Shown here: positions 20,139-30,030 of the stretch, in pieces | How positions within the stretch are numbered: the stretch's first letter is position 1 | Layout: each line of letters opens with the position of its first letter | DNA from: an uncultured Flavobacteriales bacterium | GTDB lineage: Bacteria; Bacteroidota; Bacteroidia; Flavobacteriales_D; Sanyastnellaceae | Length of the DNA: 64,000 nt | Assembly (NCBI GenBank): GCA_938085105.1 | Contig: CALKGK010000033.1 | Coordinates: 53,076 to 117,075, forward strand | Reading direction: 5' to 3' | Translations under genes and position numbers: made by a program | The notes under the pieces: model-generated | Databases searched by the model: none | What the model saw: the letters and a program-made list of their open reading frames with translations, nothing else | What the model was told of the DNA's origin: nothing

Positions 20139-20266
20139 GTGATGTGCTTTGATAGGAAGGTCGTACAGCTTTACATTTGGTTACATCTTTCGTGAATTTT
20201 CCCTGATTTTCTCAGCGTGGATGAGGCAATTTTCCTAATTTCAGCACCTTAAAATGCCTTAACAGA

Positions 20267-21079
20267 ATGCGCTCTATTCTTTTAATCATTGCCCTATTAT
20301 TCACTCAATCCATCTTCGCTCAAGATGCTTTTCCATCCAGTGGAGGCCGATTTGAAGGAGTGAATGGCGCGGGTGTTGCCCTGCAAGATACGTGGTCCAT
20401 CATGCAGAACCAAGCAGGTTTAGCTCGGCAAGAACAATTCAGCGCAGGAGCCTTTCTGCAAAATCGCTTCGGTTTGTCAGAACTTACGGTGCTTTCTTTG
20501 GCCGTGGTGAAACCCATTCAAAATCAGGTGGTCGGACTTTCAATCAACACCTATGGCTTTCAGAACTATCGAAGATCTCGTGTGGGACTTGCTTACGCGC
20601 GAAAACTGGGAGAAGATTTGGATGTAGGTTTGCAAATGGCTTTTCACCAAGTGCAGCTAGGAGGTACTTACGGAACGAGCAATACCTTTACTGTGGAAGG
20701 TGGTTTTCGCTATCAATTGAACGAGGAGATTGCCGTCGCAGCTCATATTTTCAACCCCAATCGTAGTCAATTGAGTGACTTCAATAGCGAGAGCATTCCA
20801 AGTGTGATTCGGACAGGCATCTCGTGGGAGGTTTCGAAGAAGGTTTTGATTTTGGCTGAAGTACATCAGGTTTTTGATGGCAAAGTAGGGGTGCGAACCG
20901 GACTGGAGTACCATGCCGTTGAGCCACTGTACATCCGCTTAGGGGCGGGGTCTCGTCCTGATTTGTTTTCTTTTGGTCTGGGTTATGCTTGGAATCGGTT
21001 GAGCATTGATGTGGCAGCGAGCTATGAGCAGATTTTAGGAGTTCAACCCATGCTTTCGTTGACCTACCATGCGGAATAA
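20267..21079 (+). CDS. PorV/PorQ-like small outer-membrane beta-barrel protein
   Basis: 270 aa with signal peptide MRSILLIIALLFTQSIFAQ. GVNGAGVALQDTWSIMQNQAGLA aligns by eye with PorV in this window (GALGDAGVALSPDAASIHWNAAKMA). The rest has an alternating strand pattern. Confidence 0.5.
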   Translation: MRSILLIIALLFTQSIFAQDAFPSSGGRFEGVNGAGVALQDTWSIMQNQAGLARQEQFSAGAFLQNRFGLSELTVLSLAVVKPIQNQVVGLSINTYGFQNYRRSRVGLAYARKLGEDLDVGLQMAFHQVQLGGTYGTSNTFTVEGGFRYQLNEEIAVAAHIFNPNRSQLSDFNSESIPSVIRTGISWEVSKKVLILAEVHQVFDGKVGVRTGLEYHAVEPLYIRLGAGSRPDLFSFGLGYAWNRLSIDVAASYEQILGVQPMLSLTYHAE

Positions 21080-23195
21080 GTTGGGGAGACATACCGTCTT
21101 GAAATGGGGTGCACTGCTTGTTCTTGTTCTTGTCGTGATAAGGGCTCAATCTCAAGAAAGCAGGGATGAGATTGTTCGGCAAAGGATTATTGAGCAACGA
21201 ATAGAAATCATCGCAGAAGGATTGGAAGAAGGCGATGAGCTTGATTTTACCACCTTGTTTGACGACCTCAATTATTACTACGACCGAAAAATCAATTTGA
21301 ATCGTTGTTCACCTGAAGAACTTCGGTCATTGTACCTCCTTACAGAGTTTCAGATTCAAGGCCTTTTTGATCACATTGAAAAATACGGACAACTCAAAGA
21401 AATATGGGAGCTCCAAGCGGTGAAGAATTGGGACCAGTACACCATTCTCAATGTCCTCCCTTTTGTGACTGTGAAGCCCCCTTCAGAGCTCGAACGGGTG
21501 ACGCTGAAGGAGATCTTTAAAGAGGGGAAACACGATCTTTTCTTGCGCTATCAAGATGTACTAGAGGAACGACAAGGCTATGCTCCCATCTCCCCCGAGG
21601 AGTTGGCAGAAAACCCCAATAGGCGGTACTTAGGGAGTTCATACCGGGCTTATGCGCGTTACCGGTTTACTTATGGAAGAAACATCAGTTTCGGAATTAC
21701 AGCAGAAAAAGATCCCGGAGAAGAGTTTTTTAAGGGTACTCAAAAACAGGGTTTTGATTATTATTCAAGTCACCTCTACTACGAGAACAACACCTTTGTT
21801 CGAAGAGCAGTGGTGGGCGACTATCAACTTCAGTTTGGTCAAGGACTCACGCTGTGGTCTGGACTCGCCTTTGGTAAATCTGCAGACGCCCTGAATGCAA
21901 AACGAACTGAAATTGGGATACGCCCTTATACGTCAGTAGACGAGAACCTCTTTCTGAGAGGAGGAGCAGTAACGATAGGAGGGGAGCGCTTGCAATGGAC
22001 GAACTTCTACTCCTCCAAACACATTGATGCGAACATTGTGTCCACAAGCGACAGTGTAGATACCGAGCAATTGACCACCATTTCAAGTTTTCAGCTCAGT
22101 GGATTCCACCGAACTCCGGGCGAACTCCAAGACAAAGACGCCATCAGGGAGACTTACTACGGCAGCAACCTCACATACAAAACGCGAAGAGGGCAGATTG
22201 GTTTAACCGCTTTGATTTCGGAATACGATGCCAACATCAATAGAAATCTGCAATTGTACAACCAGTTTGAATTCAACAGCAAAAGCAACCAAGTGATTGG
22301 TTTGAATTACAGCAGAACCATTAAAAATGTCAACCTTTTTGGCGAGGTGTCTCGGAGTGAAAACGGAGCATGGGCAACCATCAACGGAGCGCTCGTTGCT
22401 CTGGATCCGCGCGTTTCGATGATCGCGATTTACCGAAATTATGCTCGGAAATTTCAAAACCAATTGGCCAATACTTTTGTTGAGGGAACTCGTCCGGCAA
22501 ATGAATCAGGGATTTATGTTGGCGGACAATTCAAAATTAATCGCCAGTGGACCGCCACAACCTATGCGGATTTCTTTCGCTTTCGATGGCTTCGATTCCA
22601 AACCGACGCTCCAAGTGCTGGCCGAGATTTTCTCACGCAGTTAAACTACAAGCCTTCCCGGAACAAAGAGTTTTACCTCCGGTACCGAAGTAGAACAAGA
22701 GACCGAAATGCTGGCTTTCTGGATGTTGACATCACCACACCCCTTCCTGTGAATCAACAAAATTTCAGGATCAATACCAGTTTCTTGGCACACCCCAACA
22801 TCAAGCTCAAATCAAGAGCGGAGTTGGTATTGTTTCAACAGGAAGGCCAGCCCATCGAACGGGGCTTCTTGTTGTATCAAGACCTCGTTTTCAAGAAAAT
22901 TCAGTTTCCTGTAAGCATGTCTCTCCGGTATGCCTTGTTTTACACAGACAGTTACAACGCAAGGATCTATGCCTACGAAAGTGACGTGCTGTATGCCTTC
23001 AGCATTCCCGCCTATTTTTCTCGCGGATCGAGGTTCTACGTCACGATGAAGTACAAAGTGAAAAGAGGAGTTGATCTATGGTTGCGCTATGCACGCTGGC
23101 ATTATGACGACCGCCAAGTGATCAGTTCTGGCTTGGAGCAAATCAATGCTCCGCACCGTTCGGAAATCAAAGTACAGCTCCGCCTTCGCTTTTAG
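21069..23195 (+). CDS. Outer-membrane beta-barrel protein with N-terminal ComEA-like helix-hairpin-helix region
   Basis: 708 aa. Its ATG overlaps the upstream stop by 11 nt. It has a signal/anchor segment. aa 75-135 (INLNRCSPEELRSLYLLTEFQIQGLFDHIEKYGQLKEIWELQAVKNWDQYTILNVLPFV) fits the ComEA (HhH)2 spacing. About 570 aa of strand-like sequence end in KVQLRLRF, an OMP C-terminal signature. Confidence 0.55.
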   Translation: MRNKLGRHTVLKWGALLVLVLVVIRAQSQESRDEIVRQRIIEQRIEIIAEGLEEGDELDFTTLFDDLNYYYDRKINLNRCSPEELRSLYLLTEFQIQGLFDHIEKYGQLKEIWELQAVKNWDQYTILNVLPFVTVKPPSELERVTLKEIFKEGKHDLFLRYQDVLEERQGYAPISPEELAENPNRRYLGSSYRAYARYRFTYGRNISFGITAEKDPGEEFFKGTQKQGFDYYSSHLYYENNTFVRRAVVGDYQLQFGQGLTLWSGLAFGKSADALNAKRTEIGIRPYTSVDENLFLRGGAVTIGGERLQWTNFYSSKHIDANIVSTSDSVDTEQLTTISSFQLSGFHRTPGELQDKDAIRETYYGSNLTYKTRRGQIGLTALISEYDANINRNLQLYNQFEFNSKSNQVIGLNYSRTIKNVNLFGEVSRSENGAWATINGALVALDPRVSMIAIYRNYARKFQNQLANTFVEGTRPANESGIYVGGQFKINRQWTATTYADFFRFRWLRFQTDAPSAGRDFLTQLNYKPSRNKEFYLRYRSRTRDRNAGFLDVDITTPLPVNQQNFRINTSFLAHPNIKLKSRAELVLFQQEGQPIERGFLLYQDLVFKKIQFPVSMSLRYALFYTDSYNARIYAYESDVLYAFSIPAYFSRGSRFYVTMKYKVKRGVDLWLRYARWHYDDRQVISSGLEQINAPHRSEIKVQLRLRF

Positions 23196-23259
23196 ATAGC
23201 GGTGCGCGGATATTCTCTTATCTTTACCCCTCATTAATTGCAGATTAAAAAACAGAATT

Positions 23260-23829
23260 ATGGCAACGACGACTTCTGATATCAGAAATGGACTATGCAT
23301 CAAGTACAATGGTGGATTGTGGACAATTGTAGAATTTCTTCACGTTAAACCAGGAAAAGGTCCAGCCTTCGTTCGTACGAAATTGAAGAACCTCGAAAAC
23401 GGTAAAGTAGTAGATAATACCTTCAACGCAGGAGTTAAAATTGAAACCGTTCGTATTGAAACCAGAGATTATCAGTACCTCTATAACGATGACATGGGCT
23501 ACCATTTCATGAACTCAGAAACCTACGAGCAAGTTGCGATTGAAAAAAACTTGATTTCAGCTCCCCAGTTTTTGAAAGATGGAGTGATTTGTCAGGTCAT
23601 GTTTCATGCTGAAGAAGAAGTGGTTCTCAACTGCGATCTCCCGAACAACATTGACGTTGAAATCACCTATACTGAGCCAGGTGTGAAAGGAGATACCGCA
23701 ACTAATGCCATGAAACCTGCAACGACTGATACCGGTGCCGAAATTCGCGTGCCGCTTTTCATCAATCAAGGGGATTGGGTGAAAATCGATACCCGCACAG
23801 GAGCGTACTCAGAACGCGTGAAGAAATAA
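23260..23829 (+). CDS. efp: Translation elongation factor P
   Basis: 189 aa with [16 protein letters not shown], the loop carrying the conserved modified residue. Three-domain length. Confidence 0.95.
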   Translation: MATTTSDIRNGLCIKYNGGLWTIVEFLHVKPGKGPAFVRTKLKNLENGKVVDNTFNAGVKIETVRIETRDYQYLYNDDMGYHFMNSETYEQVAIEKNLISAPQFLKDGVICQVMFHAEEEVVLNCDLPNNIDVEITYTEPGVKGDTATNAMKPATTDTGAEIRVPLFINQGDWVKIDTRTGAYSERVKK

Positions 23830-23832
23830 AGG

Positions 23833-24756
23833 ATGAAACTCACCACACCTCATACGCTTGAGGCCATTGCCAAAATGATTGGTGCAAAGGCTGTTGGAGA
23901 CCCAAAACATTTGGTGTCCGGAATCAACGAAATACATAAAGTAGAGCCGGGAGACCTTGTTTTTGTGGACCATCCGAAATACTACGAGAAGGCACTTAAT
24001 TCTGCGGCTACCACGATTTTGATCGATAAAGAAGTGGATTGCCCGGAAGGAAAAGCACTCTTGGTTTCAGAACAGCCCTTTCACGATTATAACAAGCTGA
24101 CGAGGCACTTTCGTCCTTTCTTGGCGTGGGAAAACCCGTCCAATGTCACGATAGGGCAAGGAACCCGACTTCATCCCAAAGTAACGGTGGGTCAGCGTGT
24201 GAGAATTGGCGAGAATTGCCTCATTTTTCCAGGTGTAGTGATTGGGGATGACGTTATCATTGGCGATGGAGTTACCATCCATCCCAATACGGTCATTGGA
24301 GGAGATGCCTTCTATTACAAAAAGATCGACGGAGCTTATAATAAAATGCACACTTGCGGAAGTGTTGAAATCCACGATAATGTGGAGATTGGGGCAATGT
24401 GTACCATCGATCGGGGTGTTTCTGGTGCTACGGTTATTGGAAAAGGCTCCAAGTTGGATAATCAAGTACACATTGGACATGACACCGTAGTAGGAGAGCA
24501 TTGCCTCTTTGCAGCGCAGGTTGGAATTGCCGGTTGTGTTAAGGTGGAAAACAATGTTATTCTTTGGGGACAAGTAGGAGTGCCGAGCGATGTGGTGATT
24601 GGCGAGGGTGCCGTTGTTCTCGGACAAAGTGGAATCACGAAGTCGCTTGAAGGAGGGAAAACCTACTTTGGTTCACCAGCGGAAGAAGCAAGGCACAAAT
24701 TCCGCGAGCTGGCCATGATCAGAAAAATACCCAGTATTTTAGAACGACTTAGCTAG
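23833..24756 (+). CDS. lpxD: UDP-3-O-acylglucosamine N-acyltransferase
   Basis: 307 aa with left-handed beta-helix hexapeptide repeats (IGENCLIFPGVVIGDDVIIGDGVTIHPNTVIG...) and an LpxD-type N-terminal domain. Confidence 0.8.
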   Translation: MKLTTPHTLEAIAKMIGAKAVGDPKHLVSGINEIHKVEPGDLVFVDHPKYYEKALNSAATTILIDKEVDCPEGKALLVSEQPFHDYNKLTRHFRPFLAWENPSNVTIGQGTRLHPKVTVGQRVRIGENCLIFPGVVIGDDVIIGDGVTIHPNTVIGGDAFYYKKIDGAYNKMHTCGSVEIHDNVEIGAMCTIDRGVSGATVIGKGSKLDNQVHIGHDTVVGEHCLFAAQVGIAGCVKVENNVILWGQVGVPSDVVIGEGAVVLGQSGITKSLEGGKTYFGSPAEEARHKFRELAMIRKIPSILERLS

Positions 24757-24762
24757 GGAGTA

Positions 24763-26001
24763 ATGGCGAAAAGCACAGGTAAATCTCAAGATCGATTGAA
24801 GCGACGTTTGGAGGTCAAAGACTTCAAACTGATGTCGCTCAAGACCATTGCTGAAGCCATCAATAGCAATCAAAAGGTGGAAGATCTTCTTCAGACCTAC
24901 AAGCAGACGCTCATGGATCCACCATTGAGCATCGAGAAGTTGCTGCTCTTTGAGAAACAGCGGTCTTGGGAGAACATCATGCAATTTGGCGTTGAAGCGA
25001 CCTTTCCCATGCTCGAAGAGGGTGATCTTGTCAAGGTAGAATCGTCCAAGTTTTTACGAACCAACGAGGGGGTAAAGGAGACTTTTGAAGTAAGCCTTCC
25101 TGTGAAACACGATGATCAAGTGATCGCCTACGTGATGGTGGGGGACATTAAGGATGAAGGAGGGGTATCTCCGATCATCAAGCACCTCAACTTCATTGAA
25201 ACGCTCACAAACATCATCATTGTAGCCATTAAAAACCGACGTTTTGTTGAGGATAGTCTACGCCAAGAACGGGTGAGAAAGGAACTTGAACTGGCAGCTG
25301 AGATGCAAGCCATGCTGATTCCCAACGAACTACCAAGCAACGAGTTTTTTGATGTTTCGGCCATCTATCGACCCCATGCTCAAGTGGGTGGAGATTATTA
25401 TGACTTCATTCCCATCAATGAAAAGGAGGTGATGCTTTGCATGGCTGATGTTTCTGGAAAAGGGGTGAGCGCGGCGTTTTTGATGTCCAACTTCCAAGCA
25501 TATTTGATGGCCATTTTCCGCTTTCAAAACATGGCCCTGAATGACATTGTGCACGAATTGAATGAACGGGTAGTGAAATCTACTCAGGGTGAGAAATTCA
25601 TCACCTTCTTCTTCGGTGTTTACAATAAGGAGACGAGGATGCTTAAATACATCAATTGTGCTCAAAATCCGCCTCTTTTCATGGACTCCCAAGGGGAAGT
25701 GGTGTGGCTAGATAAAGGATGTGTTGGATTAGGGATGTTGGATGAAATTCCTGTGGTGGAAAGCGGTGAGGTGAAGGTTGATGAAGGTTCAGTAGTTATC
25801 TGCTATACTGACGGACTCACAGAGGTTGAGAATGAAGACCTCGAACAGTACGGATCGCATCGATTGTCTGAAGCAGTAAAAAACAATTTTCACGCACCAA
25901 CGGCAGCTTTGAATCAGTTGATCATTAAGGAGCTCAACTCTTTCCGAGGTACGATGCCTTTCGTTGACGATACGGCCTTACTTAGTTGCCGCTTTCATTA
26001 G
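24763..26001 (+). CDS. PP2C/SpoIIE-family serine phosphatase with N-terminal GAF-like sensor region
   Basis: 412 aa with GGDYYDF, ADVSGKGVSAAFLMS, YTDGLTE and DDTALL, the SpoIIE/PPM metal-binding motifs. Confidence 0.8.
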   Translation: MAKSTGKSQDRLKRRLEVKDFKLMSLKTIAEAINSNQKVEDLLQTYKQTLMDPPLSIEKLLLFEKQRSWENIMQFGVEATFPMLEEGDLVKVESSKFLRTNEGVKETFEVSLPVKHDDQVIAYVMVGDIKDEGGVSPIIKHLNFIETLTNIIIVAIKNRRFVEDSLRQERVRKELELAAEMQAMLIPNELPSNEFFDVSAIYRPHAQVGGDYYDFIPINEKEVMLCMADVSGKGVSAAFLMSNFQAYLMAIFRFQNMALNDIVHELNERVVKSTQGEKFITFFFGVYNKETRMLKYINCAQNPPLFMDSQGEVVWLDKGCVGLGMLDEIPVVESGEVKVDEGSVVICYTDGLTEVENEDLEQYGSHRLSEAVKNNFHAPTAALNQLIIKELNSFRGTMPFVDDTALLSCRFH

Positions 26002-27433
26002 ACCCCAACCTTTTTTCCGGGGCATGGTAAATGTCCACGGCTACTAGAACAGCAATGAATCCCCAAAACGGAGCGCTTACCTTATCGGTATCCAAATAGT
26101 TATTCAGAACAGCATGGATGAAATAGGTCATGAGCCCCAAATAGCAAGAGAGTACCAATATTTTCAATTCGCGATCCTCCAAACGGAAGTAGAGCTTGAA
26201 GGCAACATGACTAACTACGAGCAGAAGTGCAATGAAAGCAAGAGAGCCCAAAACACCCTGTTCTGCGAGCGGACCAAGATATTCGCTGTGAGCATTTCCC
26301 CCATCGGCGTTGTTGGTTGAAATGATGGTGATGTCTTGTGAACGCTGAAAAGGAGCATAAACGAACTGATAGGTTCCTGGTCCCCATCCGAAAACGGGCC
26401 TTTCTTCGAACATCGCCATGGCGCAATTCCATCGGTTCAAGCGCTCCAGGTTTGACGCGTCACTACTCACATTCGAGATGGACTCCACGTGTTCGGCTAA
26501 ATCATCGGAGCTGTCTTGTTTGTTCTTCTCCAACATTTGAACGAGTTCATCTTGAGCAAACCACAGAAAACCGATGCCAGCAAAGGCAACAAATATGAGG
26601 TGTTTCAATTGTACTCTCAGGATCATCAAAAATCCGAGAACCACCACTGCGGCGATACTTACCCAAGCAGCCCTTGTGTAGGAGAGGATGATTCCCACCA
26701 CCAAGATCACCATACCCAACATCAAAAAAGCACGAAGCAATGTGTTCATCTTTCTTTTGAGGAGCAGTCCGAACAAAATGGGGAGATACATGGCCAAAAC
26801 CGCCCCGTAACTGGTGTGATCCTTATAAAACGGCTCCATCACCCAATGGCCAGCGTCTTTTTCAAAACCAAAACCAGCATGGCGAATAACGGTATACATG
26901 ATTACCCCGAACAGCGGGAAAAGATATAGTAAGAAGGAGCGCTCAATGTTCTTCTCGTTTTGGAAAATGTGAGCGAGTAAAAAATAGAACCCTGCAATGA
27001 ACCAAGCTCGAGAAATGAAGTACTTCAGTGAAACCAAAGGCATTTCACTGGTGATGCTTGTGATCAACATCCAAGCAAGGAAGCCATATATCACCCAAGT
27101 TATGGGGTGCTGAAAGATGCGTTTATCGATGGATTTACCGTAGAGCATCTTCATAATAAAGATGAGTAAAACCCCAAAAAGCAAAGGCTCCGTGGGCAGA
27201 TAAAAACCAACTCCACCCAAGTCCAACTGCTCTAAGTTTAAGCTAAAAGGAGTACAGGCAATGATGAAAAGGATGAGCCAGTCCAACTTGAAGATGGCCC
27301 CTGCCAATACCAACAAAACCAAAGGAAGCAAGGCAATGTAGTAGAATTCAAAGGCAATACACAAGGACTGCAAGAGCACAAAAAATACGCCTCCAGCAAT
27401 GAGCCACCGTTTTTTTTGTACTTCGTTCAACAT
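25982..27433 (-). CDS. O-antigen ligase/polymerase family (Wzy_C domain) integral membrane protein
   Basis: 483 aa with about 11 TM segments, SYTRAAWVS and a large periplasmic loop (Wzy_C signature). Its ATG overlaps the wzz-like stop (TAATG). Its 3' end overlaps the convergent phosphatase gene by 20 nt. Confidence 0.7.
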   Translation of the reverse strand: MLNEVQKKRWLIAGGVFFVLLQSLCIAFEFYYIALLPLVLLVLAGAIFKLDWLILFIIACTPFSLNLEQLDLGGVGFYLPTEPLLFGVLLIFIMKMLYGKSIDKRIFQHPITWVIYGFLAWMLITSITSEMPLVSLKYFISRAWFIAGFYFLLAHIFQNEKNIERSFLLYLFPLFGVIMYTVIRHAGFGFEKDAGHWVMEPFYKDHTSYGAVLAMYLPILFGLLLKRKMNTLLRAFLMLGMVILVVGIILSYTRAAWVSIAAVVVLGFLMILRVQLKHLIFVAFAGIGFLWFAQDELVQMLEKNKQDSSDDLAEHVESISNVSSDASNLERLNRWNCAMAMFEERPVFGWGPGTYQFVYAPFQRSQDITIISTNNADGGNAHSEYLGPLAEQGVLGSLAFIALLLVVSHVAFKLYFRLEDRELKILVLSCYLGLMTYFIHAVLNNYLDTDKVSAPFWGFIAVLVAVDIYHAPEKRLGSNESGN

Positions 27434-28449
27434 TAAATTTTCCCCTGAGCTTTTAAACTGCGGAAATTCTCCAAGATCAAAATCCCGATTACCGAAATCA
27501 AGAAGGTGGCGGCAACGGACATCATCACGATGAGCCAGCGCACTGGGTAAGCTTTCTTATCCGAAACAGCTGCGTAATCGACAACAAATTTAGATGGGAG
27601 CTGAGATGTCGCATCCAAATACATCAAGTCGTATCGTTTTTTCAATACTTCCTCTCTTTCGTAGGCAGACTCCAACAAAGCATCAAGCTTGTTGTAAATG
27701 TTACCATATTGAGAGATTTCCTCCATCTGAACCCGAATTTGCTCTGCGCGTTTGGGCTGACCATTAACGATGGCCGTTCCATACTGCTCACTCAAGGTTT
27801 CAATTTGGGTGAAGTAGTCGTAAACACCGTAGCTTCGAATCGTTGCCATGGAGTCTTCCAAGAGTCTAATTTCTCCTTGGACTTGCTCCAATGAGTTCTT
27901 CGCATAAATAAAAGCTTCCATTGCTCTTCCGTTACGAAGTTCGTTCGAAACACTGTCCAAAAGAAAGGCAATGTCATTGGCCATCAATGCAGCAAGGGTG
28001 TCACTTTTGTCCAAGACTTCCACCAAAATGGATCCATATCTTGTGAGCTTGGAAGATACGTTGCTGTTGTATTCCTTCGCCATCAAGGTGTTGGCTCCTG
28101 GGTCGGTGGGTGCAATTTCGTAGTGATCCCAAAGATTATATTTCTCAATCACCCGATTTCGAATTCGATCAGAGTTCAAAATTTGCAGCAATCGTTCTGC
28201 ATCTTCCTTTTCCCCAAACTCAAGTAGGTCTTCCTTTTTCTGCTCCTCATAAAACTGCTCTCCAATGGAGTGCTGAGGCGTCGCAAACATGGTAACACTG
28301 GACTTGAATTTTTCTTCAATTACAAATGAAGCGATGGCTGAAGCTACTGCAGCAAGGAAACAAAGTCCAATAATGAGCTTGCGCCATTGATAAAGAAATA
28401 CAATGAGATTGGTTGACGCCAGGCTGGTGTCTTTCTGTTGCTCTTCCAT
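27433..28449 (-). CDS. Polysaccharide chain-length determinant (Wzz/GumC-like) protein
   Basis: 338 aa. TM1 (LIIGLCFLAAVASAIASFVI) and a C-terminal TM (LIVMMSVAATFLISVIGILIL) flank a coiled-coil periplasmic region. It sits between the flippase and ligase genes. Confidence 0.55.
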   Translation of the reverse strand: MEEQQKDTSLASTNLIVFLYQWRKLIIGLCFLAAVASAIASFVIEEKFKSSVTMFATPQHSIGEQFYEEQKKEDLLEFGEKEDAERLLQILNSDRIRNRVIEKYNLWDHYEIAPTDPGANTLMAKEYNSNVSSKLTRYGSILVEVLDKSDTLAALMANDIAFLLDSVSNELRNGRAMEAFIYAKNSLEQVQGEIRLLEDSMATIRSYGVYDYFTQIETLSEQYGTAIVNGQPKRAEQIRVQMEEISQYGNIYNKLDALLESAYEREEVLKKRYDLMYLDATSQLPSKFVVDYAAVSDKKAYPVRWLIVMMSVAATFLISVIGILILENFRSLKAQGKI

Positions 28450-28497
28450 AAGAGAGATAAAAATTTTGGCAAAAGTAATGAATTCAATGCGCCCAAG

Positions 28498-29934
28498 TTA
28501 GCGTTGGAGAAGTTCCTTGAATTGACCAACTCTCAGGAAGCGAGTCAAAAAGGCTCCAGCCAAGCCCAAACACACAAAAGTTCCCCCTTTAAACAGCCAA
28601 GGAAGCGAACTTATTGTTAAACCGTAAAAAAGAATTCCAAGGAAAATGGTGAATACCGACATTGTCACAAGCGTGTGCCGCGAAAACCTGAGCTTGGAAT
28701 AACGAAGTGCCAAAAACATCTGAGCGATGGAGATGAGTCCTTGTGTAAACAAACTCGCCCATGCGGAGCCTTCTGCTTGGTAATTGTGGATGAGGTAAAA
28801 ATTCAATGCGAAGTTGATGATGACGCCAAAAAGAGCAAGATAATTCATCAGTTTCATGTCGCCACGAGCAGTAAGAATGGTGCCGAAGAGGTAACTCATC
28901 ATCACAAAAAAGAAAGCCGACATCAAGATTTGAAAGGGCCGCAATGCGAGTTCAATGTGCTCGTGATAAAATAAATCCAAGATTTCCTCCCCCACTAGCC
29001 AAGGTACACCCGCAAGCAATAATCCACCGGTAAACAAAAGTTGAAATGCACTTGAGGCAATGCTGTCCAAGGATTCTTTTTGTTTGATGAGACGAGAAAA
29101 TATGGGGAGCAACAATCCTGCGAAGAGAAAGCCAATCATGTTGCTGGCTTCAAAAAAGCGGAAGCCCATGGCATAAATCCCTGCTGAAAACCCTTCGTCA
29201 CCCAAAAGTTGCTCCAACATCACTGCATCGGTTTTGTAATAGGCCATGGAGAGCAGGATCAAAAGAGCGTAGGGCAGACTCTTCTTCAAGATCATTTTGG
29301 AAAAAGCCTTGTTCCCTCGCAATTGAAGTCGAGACAAGTTTTTGCGTAAGAGAATGAGAGAACTCACCAAAGCAATGAAGTAAGCGAGCGTTTGTCCGTA
29401 TACCAGCCACATGATTTGAAACTCGCCAAAGAATTTAGAAAAGAGGAGCAGTCCCCCCATGAAAATGAGCAATAAACCGCGGTCGAGAACAGAAATAAAT
29501 GCGTCTGCTTTGAAGCGATGCAGGCCCGCTAGGTTAGAACGGCAATACAAAATGCTGGCCACGAGAAACTGATTGAAGCCCAGTAAAAAGAGCATCCAAA
29601 AGTGTTCTTGAACATAGTTTAAAAAGCTACCAAGAATGAGCAAAAGCAACATGTAAACCCCGCCAAGCATCAAACGGACACGCACAATGCCGCCAAAGTG
29701 TTTGCTCAATAATTGACGGTGCTGGGCAATGTTTCGGGTGTTGAAATTGGTAATGCCGCCGTCCAAAAGGATGTTCAGTAAAAAGGTAAAACTCAAAATG
29801 GCGCTGTAAATACCAAAGTCAAACGGACCCACTGCATTCTGAATTTGGGTTTCGACACCGAGCACATAAAAGGGCTTGACGAGGAAATTCAGCAAGAGGA
29901 TGAGACTGAGGTTGGAAAGAAATTCTTTGCGCAT
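28498..29934 (-). CDS. Oligosaccharide flippase (Wzx/MOP superfamily)
   Basis: 478 aa with 12-14 predicted TM helices and polysaccharide-biosynthesis-protein-like topology. Operon context with the wzz-like and Wzy_C genes. Confidence 0.7.
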   Translation of the reverse strand: MRKEFLSNLSLILLLNFLVKPFYVLGVETQIQNAVGPFDFGIYSAILSFTFLLNILLDGGITNFNTRNIAQHRQLLSKHFGGIVRVRLMLGGVYMLLLLILGSFLNYVQEHFWMLFLLGFNQFLVASILYCRSNLAGLHRFKADAFISVLDRGLLLIFMGGLLLFSKFFGEFQIMWLVYGQTLAYFIALVSSLILLRKNLSRLQLRGNKAFSKMILKKSLPYALLILLSMAYYKTDAVMLEQLLGDEGFSAGIYAMGFRFFEASNMIGFLFAGLLLPIFSRLIKQKESLDSIASSAFQLLFTGGLLLAGVPWLVGEEILDLFYHEHIELALRPFQILMSAFFFVMMSYLFGTILTARGDMKLMNYLALFGVIINFALNFYLIHNYQAEGSAWASLFTQGLISIAQMFLALRYSKLRFSRHTLVTMSVFTIFLGILFYGLTISSLPWLFKGGTFVCLGLAGAFLTRFLRVGQFKELLQR

Positions 29935-30030
29935 GAAGAGCGATTAATGCGGACGAAATTTAGCTAAAAGCATTGGTATCTTCGAATCTGACCCTCCTCG
30001 GTCTTGTGCCGTTTTAATATCTTCGCCGAA

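Noticed and set aside
20159-20186. A possible ECF-type autoregulatory promoter (GTAACC-N13-GTACGA on the minus strand) upstream of the sigma gene; also GAAT...CGTG upstream of the divergent barrel operon.
   Set aside because: The spacing and sequence deviate from well-defined ECF consensus elements (GAAC-N16/17-CGT). Without a regulon to compare against, this is pattern-matching noise. I mention it only as something to look at if TSS data become available.
25982-26001. A 20-nt convergent overlap of the PP2C phosphatase and Wzy_C genes; also 4-nt convergent stop overlaps at 7555-7558 and 50455-50458.
   Set aside because: Short convergent overlaps are common in compact genomes. No additional structure or motif is associated with them, so they are noted only as evidence of tight packing.
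27410-27417. An A8/T8 homopolymer in codons 6-8 of the Wzy_C (O-antigen ligase-like) gene could be a slipped-strand phase-variation switch.
   Set aside because: Eight residues is short for efficient slippage. An equal A8 run occurs inside housekeeping anmK (about 61640) and T-runs occur in terminators, so the tract is not distinctive in this genome.
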